A program made the translations under genes and the position numbers. The notes beneath the pieces were generated by a model. That model did not search any database and was not told where the DNA came from. It saw only the letters and a list, made by a program, of their open reading frames with translations. Source: Candidatus Thorarchaeota archaeon (lineage in GTDB: Archaea > Asgardarchaeota > Thorarchaeia > Thorarchaeales > Thorarchaeaceae). From it: 64,000 nt of DNA. Shown here in pieces: positions 59,115 to 64,000 of this stretch. Every line of letters starts with the position of its first letter. The stretch's first letter is position 1. The DNA lies in the NCBI GenBank assembly GCA_038893995.1, contig JAWAQK010000004.1, positions 5,837-69,836 on the forward strand. Direction: 5' to 3'.

Positions 59115-60145
59115 CTTTCTTCCTCCGGTTTCTTCCCATGTTTCCACGGCTTGACCTCGAAAAAGTCAAAGAAGTCGGCCTCAGCGACTGACACCTCTAC
59201 AAGGGGCAGTCCTCTCTTGTGGAAATCTCGCATTAGCGTCAGCAGAGCTTCGTTCGGCTGATCGACGAACAGTTTCAGTGCGTTCCTCCCTGAATTCACG
59301 ATGTACCTGACGATAGGCATCTCACCGATGCTACTGACCATAGCTGGCGTGAGCTTAGTCAGGACGACCTTGATACACTCTCCCTTACCTGGTAAAGTGG
59401 ATATGAGCGCTTCTGGAGTGTCAAACTGACTCACGGTCCCATTCTCGAGTAGGCATACTCTGTTGCAGTAGTCAACTATCTCTAGGTCGTGGCTTATGAT
59501 GACCATCGTTGTACCGAGCTCAAAGTTGAGCTTCTTGAGATAGTTCAGGGTCTCATGCCTGAGATGGGCATCAAGGCCTGTCGTGGGCTCATCAAGTAGC
59601 AGTACTGGGGGGTCGTGAAGCATGCCCATACATATCGAAACTCGCTTCTTCTCGCCTCCAGAGAGTCGTTCGACCCTCTTGGTCATGAGTTCCTCATCGA
59701 AACCTAGTATCTCGAGGATGTCGCGTGCCCTCTCGTCTATCTCTCTCGGACGCATCCCGAAACAACGTCCAAAGAACTGTGCATTCTGGAGGGCTGAGAA
59801 GTCGTAGTACAGACTGTTGTGCTCAAGTTGAGGTACATATCCCACAAGGAGGCTTATGAGCGACCTCTTCTTGGTGACATCGTAACCGCTCACATAGGCC
59901 TTTCCCGATGTCGGACTCACTTGACCAGTGAGGACTCTGAGCACTGTCGTCTTGCCAGCTCCAGAGGCACCAATTATTCCGAGGAACTCGCTCCGGTTGG
60001 CAAACAGCGACACGCCTCTGAGGGCCTCGACCTTGCCAAACTTCACCCTGAGATTGACGAGCTCTATCTCATGAGTGGCCTCACCCGACGTTTCAGACCC
60101 CTCCCACTCGCTTGCTGATCCTCTTGAAGTCCCTCTTGGCATCAT
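59111..60145 (-). CDS. ABC transporter ATP-binding protein with a C-terminal accessory domain
   Basis: Walker [10 protein letters not shown], signature LSGGEKKR, Walker [12 protein letters not shown], plus a C-terminal extension of about 110 aa. Confidence 0.85.
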   Translation of the reverse strand: MMPRGTSRGSASEWEGSETSGEATHEIELVNLRVKFGKVEALRGVSLFANRSEFLGIIGASGAGKTTVLRVLTGQVSPTSGKAYVSGYDVTKKRSLISLLVGYVPQLEHNSLYYDFSALQNAQFFGRCFGMRPREIDERARDILEILGFDEELMTKRVERLSGGEKKRVSICMGMLHDPPVLLLDEPTTGLDAHLRHETLNYLKKLNFELGTTMVIISHDLEIVDYCNRVCLLENGTVSQFDTPEALISTLPGKGECIKVVLTKLTPAMVSSIGEMPIVRYIVNSGRNALKLFVDQPNEALLTLMRDFHKRGLPLVEVSVAEADFFDFFEVKPWKHGKKPEEER

Positions 60146-63100
60146 CCATCATCTTCATCATGGCCCTCAGGGACTCCACTTTCTGCACACGGTCGAGGTC
60201 TTCGTTCCTGATCACACCCTCCATCTGCACAAAGGCAGCCAGAAACTTGTTCATCGTGTTGTCGATGTCCTGCCCGAGAAACAGGTCCACCTCCGGAATT
60301 CGGAGCTGCCTTCGGAGTCTTCTCCTATTTGCGAGGATCGAGGCCGTGGTGACACCGAATATGGATGAGGAGACAATGATTGCCACTTGCGGCATGGTCA
60401 GGATCCTCTCGATGGGCGGCGGCTGTGGAGGTGGCTCTACGACATAGAGCCAGAACTTGGTGCTGGCGAAGGTTCCAGCGTACTCAGCCGTGGTCAATAC
60501 GATGAAGATGCAGTTCACTCGTCCCTCGTCTCGGTAGTATGAGGGCATGAACTGGGACGCATACAGACCGTTCTCAACAAATGCTGCGAAGAAGTAGGTC
60601 AGGCTACCGTTGGGCAGTTCAAATGCCACAGCGACGAACAGATCATTGACGGGATGTCCTCGGATGTCCGTCAACCTCAGGCTCAGATAGACACTCTTCC
60701 CGACCGGATATCTCTCCCTCTGCTCGGTAAGCTGAGCCCTCGCAATCAGCGTATTCTCGAGGAAGAAGTCATTCAAGTTCTCCAGCAGTCTGCTGTTGTC
60801 ACATCTTGGTAGGTTCGTGTTGGTGAATAGGGACGATGAGCCGAACAACACCAGTCTGGGAGGGCTCTTGTCCATCAGTATCACGGGGATACCGTTGACC
60901 CTTGCAACTCCTTGTGATTGATTGTTGAGTACATAGGTCCCGCCACCTAGCCACACACAGCTTATCCCGTCTGCAAGCTCTGACGAGGTAGCAATGTCAG
61001 TCGTGTTCTCGGCATCATGTTGGCCGGCCATCCTATAGCCGTAGACAGAGAGGAGCGGGTTCAGTGCAGTGATGTTTGCCTTCCCGTCGTGGTCACCAAA
61101 GATGACCAGCCGTCCCCCTCTGTTTGTGAAGTCCCTCAGTGTCTGTATCTCGGTGCTGTTGTATTCCCTCGTCGGTCTGACTATGATGATTCCAGAGAAC
61201 TGACTCAGGGTCTCCGACTTCAGGCCACCGCCCGGCATCTCGATCAGGTCTAGTCCCACCGATGCCATCCTCCTCTTCATCTCGTAGAGCGCCGAGAACT
61301 TTGAAAGACGGAGTGACTCCATGATGTCGTTGATCGCCCCGAGGTTCTCCATCTCCTGCAGTGAGATACCTCCCTGAACACCACTGGCGTTCGCGACAGA
61401 GACTTCCCCACTGCCCATCATGCCGAAGAGGCTGTTGCTGTGCGATGTGTCAAGCAGGATCATGGCCACAGGATACCTTATGCGTGTGTCAAGGACGACT
61501 CTGGTCGTGTATCCTGAGCCCGTGACTATCTCGTAGTCACACCGGTAATTGCCGTCCATCACGATCGCTGGAACGAACGCTGTCAGTGAGAGACTGGTAC
61601 AGCAGGTATCATGGACAGTTTCAGACACTGTCAGGTTTCCCCATAGGGTGGCATTCCCCCGGCTGGTCACACTGATTCCGCCCAAGGGCCTGGTCGAGTA
61701 CAGCACAACTCCATACATTCCGAAGTCTGCTGGAAACAGGAGATCGAAGGGTGCACATGGCAGCTGCTTGGGGAAAATGGAGACCGACCACAGGGGATCC
61801 ACGACGAACACATCACGATTGAGGAAGTCGTCGAGTGATCGAAGACCCTCCTGTAGCAACTGAGGACCCAATGAACCAAACAGCTCGATGACCTGCTGTA
61901 GCCCTGTACCCACGACCCACGCAACGGAATACACATCACTGAACTCGGGCCTCCAGCTTGCAACGACAGATACAGCACGGAATGGTTTTACTACTCCGAG
62001 GGACGACACGCTGGAGTAGACGGTACCACTACCCTGTCTGATCCGGCCAGCCAGGAAGGCTGCGACCATTGACGAGGGTTCCAGTCCGACATTCATTACT
62101 ACTGCACGTGACTCGTAAGAGTCGCCGGGCGCCCCCTGCCTGCGCATGTCAGACTCTACCACAATCAGGTCGCCTCGTTGTTGCATCTGGAACGAGGGAC
62201 CCCTCTGCCACAGCTCAGCAATCACGCTGTCCAGTTCCGACCTATTCTCCCCAAAACCCACTGCAAGTGTCAGGTTTCCGACATCTCTGACGCCTATCGA
62301 GCCTATTCTCCACCCTGCAGCCAGACCGACCTGGCCGTCGAACGAGGGTGAGTTGGTGAGTCTACCACGCGCCACGTTGTCACTCACGGCCGAGGAGTTT
62401 CCCACATCGAATCCAGACATGGGCATGCTAGAGTTGAATCCAAAGTAGAAGCTCTGCAGATCTTCGGATATACCATAGCAGAACAGCATGTTGTTCTGAA
62501 TTGCGGCCCTCCCATGGTCAGCAAGTCCGTCAGTGAAGATGTCAACCGAGAAATTCACGTAGAGCGTGACATTCTCGAGTTCGCGGAGCCCAACATTGTT
62601 CACGAAGATGCTGACCTTCAGTCCAGTCGACGGAAGCACATTGAGGATGTTGTTCCTGCTGTACGACTCCGCAAGTAGGATGACATAGAAACCATCCTCG
62701 TGATACAGGATCCCAACGTAACGGTTGTAATCATCCAGCCCAGTGCCGAGATGCACCTGGTGGAACTCGCGCTTCACGGTAAAGAGCATCAGATTCGTCG
62801 GGCTCACGTTATTCCAGCCTAGCGAGAACATTCCGAGCAACAGGTGAAGCGCTGCGTCGTTCGTTCCTCGCTCATCGAGAACGGCGGTCATCGTTCCATA
62901 GCTGCTCATCAGGACAGTACTAGTGGAATTCTGGCCGCTAGAGGACACTATACCCATCGCGAGTAGTGGGACTCCTGTAGTCCTCGCATGAGATTCCACA
63001 GGTGACTGTAGTCTCCTGAGGTAGTCAAAGGCGGCAGACACATTGATCAGTCCTGCTCCTGCATCGTTGGCTCCATATGGGAGCTGGGTGGCTGTGTCTC

Positions 63101-64000
63101 TGAGAGCGTTGGAGATTGCAATGGGCATTGCCCTATCGAATGCCTGGATCAGTATTGCTGCTGCTCCAGCCACTATTGCTGCTGCTGCAACAGTGGTGTC
63201 CGCCACCACGTAGTAGTCGTCTATGCTCTCTCCCAGCTGGCCGCCAAGCAGTTCTGAGATACTGCTGAGACCCTCGAGGTCGAGACCCTCCACACCCAGG
63301 GACGCCAGTCCTACGCCAGCGCGGGCCCCGATCACTCCCATGCCAGGTGCCACGATGTCTGGTTTGGCCATCATCTCGAATGTGGGCCCTCGGCCGGAGA
63401 AACGCGGTATCTCACCTGACGCCATGTCATACGCTCCCACGGTCAGTGCATGTACTGATGCACCGGGCGACATGATTGTGAGATAGTCAGGTCCATCATC
63501 GCCAGCGGCAGCCACCACCAGTACACCCTTCTGGGTAGCCAATTGAACCGCTCTTGTAACTACGTCTCCGGGGGCACCAAGCACGTTGAACGGCATCAGT
63601 ATTATGTCTGCGCCTCTGCTACATGCCCACTCGATTCCAGACACGATCCAGCTGGGTGCTGCCAGGATGCCTCCAAATGTCACCTTTGCCGATATGAGGG
63701 TCGCTCCGGGCGCCACGCCCGCATAGACGCCGCCGGAACAATTACCCGTTCCTGCCACTATTGACGCCGCATATGTTCCCGGGCCGAGGATGTCAATGGG
63801 TAGCGTATCGATCTCGACGAACGAAGCGAATGCAGTGACCTTGCTGTCGAGCGTATTGTTGTTGTCGTCGAAGTCATCCAAGTCCGGGTGTAGGAAGTCA
63901 ACCCCGGTGTCAAGTACTGCGATGACCACTCCACTGCCGTTGTAGCCCATGTTCCAGAGTTCCCTGATACCGAGCAGGTCGACGAGCGGTACATAGTCCG
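60093..64000 (-). CDS. Subtilase (S8)-like protein with apparently degenerate catalytic triad, large extracytoplasmic region, C-terminal TM anchor and 78-aa cytoplasmic tail; 5' end outside the window
   Basis: GVVIAVLDTGVD (Asp box). GPGTYAASIVAG where HGTH is expected, AAAGDDG where AAGN is expected, ADTTVAAAAIVAG where GTSMAAP is expected. The frame stays open upstream to position 64000 (..DLLGIRELWNMGYNGSG). Confidence 0.8.
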   Translation of the reverse strand, partial: DYVPLVDLLGIRELWNMGYNGSGVVIAVLDTGVDFLHPDLDDFDDNNNTLDSKVTAFASFVEIDTLPIDILGPGTYAASIVAGTGNCSGGVYAGVAPGATLISAKVTFGGILAAPSWIVSGIEWACSRGADIILMPFNVLGAPGDVVTRAVQLATQKGVLVVAAAGDDGPDYLTIMSPGASVHALTVGAYDMASGEIPRFSGRGPTFEMMAKPDIVAPGMGVIGARAGVGLASLGVEGLDLEGLSSISELLGGQLGESIDDYYVVADTTVAAAAIVAGAAAILIQAFDRAMPIAISNALRDTATQLPYGANDAGAGLINVSAAFDYLRRLQSPVESHARTTGVPLLAMGIVSSSGQNSTSTVLMSSYGTMTAVLDERGTNDAALHLLLGMFSLGWNNVSPTNLMLFTVKREFHQVHLGTGLDDYNRYVGILYHEDGFYVILLAESYSRNNILNVLPSTGLKVSIFVNNVGLRELENVTLYVNFSVDIFTDGLADHGRAAIQNNMLFCYGISEDLQSFYFGFNSSMPMSGFDVGNSSAVSDNVARGRLTNSPSFDGQVGLAAGWRIGSIGVRDVGNLTLAVGFGENRSELDSVIAELWQRGPSFQMQQRGDLIVVESDMRRQGAPGDSYESRAVVMNVGLEPSSMVAAFLAGRIRQGSGTVYSSVSSLGVVKPFRAVSVVASWRPEFSDVYSVAWVVGTGLQQVIELFGSLGPQLLQEGLRSLDDFLNRDVFVVDPLWSVSIFPKQLPCAPFDLLFPADFGMYGVVLYSTRPLGGISVTSRGNATLWGNLTVSETVHDTCCTSLSLTAFVPAIVMDGNYRCDYEIVTGSGYTTRVVLDTRIRYPVAMILLDTSHSNSLFGMMGSGEVSVANASGVQGGISLQEMENLGAINDIMESLRLSKFSALYEMKRRMASVGLDLIEMPGGGLKSETLSQFSGIIIVRPTREYNSTEIQTLRDFTNRGGRLVIFGDHDGKANITALNPLLSVYGYRMAGQHDAENTTDIATSSELADGISCVWLGGGTYVLNNQSQGVARVNGIPVILMDKSPPRLVLFGSSSLFTNTNLPRCDNSRLLENLNDFFLENTLIARAQLTEQRERYPVGKSVYLSLRLTDIRGHPVNDLFVAVAFELPNGSLTYFFAAFVENGLYASQFMPSYYRDEGRVNCIFIVLTTAEYAGTFASTKFWLYVVEPPPQPPPIERILTMPQVAIIVSSSIFGVTTASILANRRRLRRQLRIPEVDLFLGQDIDNTMNKFLAAFVQMEGVIRNEDLDRVQKVESLRAMMKMMDDAKRDFKRISKRVGGV

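Noticed and set aside
60093-64000. Calling this an active secreted subtilisin protease
   Set aside because: The His, oxyanion Asn and Ser signature positions read P, D and T respectively. Only the Asp box is canonical.

Overview
The window looks archaeal and is densely coding, with about 54 CDS. I found no rRNA, tRNA, CRISPR array, transposase or integrase by eye. All calls rest on the ORF track plus motif and family recognition from memory; no searches were run, so product names are hypotheses graded by confidence.

The content suggests an Asgard-type (Thorarchaeia-like) genome, which is an inference from four things: A-type ATPase genes, an archaeal TrmI, a eukaryote-like Rab/Ras-family small GTPase, and LRR, TPR and thrombospondin-type repeat proteins.

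Recognisable blocks:
- A rearranged A-ATPase stator/membrane gene set: atpC-atpK, then atpE-atpH inverted, then atpI. The catalytic A/B/D/F genes are absent.
- A trmI operon carrying unknown helical proteins.
- A HerA-like ATPase.
- pyrF, an aminotransferase and an MFS transporter.
- A bacillithiol-like bshA-bshC / bshB cluster next to glmM.
- A Rab-like GTPase followed by an unknown 195-aa ORF.
- A RuBisCO-like protein divergent from an fhs-folD-ftcD tetrahydrofolate C1 cluster.
- An ABC exporter pair.
- An SCP2-NMO-ADH-AOR operon.
- An LRR-only protein.
- A PP-loop-like / Ddl-type ATP-grasp / GNAT trio.

The most unusual region is a roughly 13-kb minus-strand module at 51066-64000. It holds four genes:
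- A membrane-anchored subtilase homolog whose catalytic triad looks degenerate.
- An ABC ATPase.
- A 2,222-aa secreted protein with an FG-GAP-like beta-propeller, about 75 thrombospondin-type-3 calcium repeats, one C-terminal TM helix and a cytoplasmic tail.
- A TPR protein.

I consider this module the best candidate for an undescribed surface/adhesion system.
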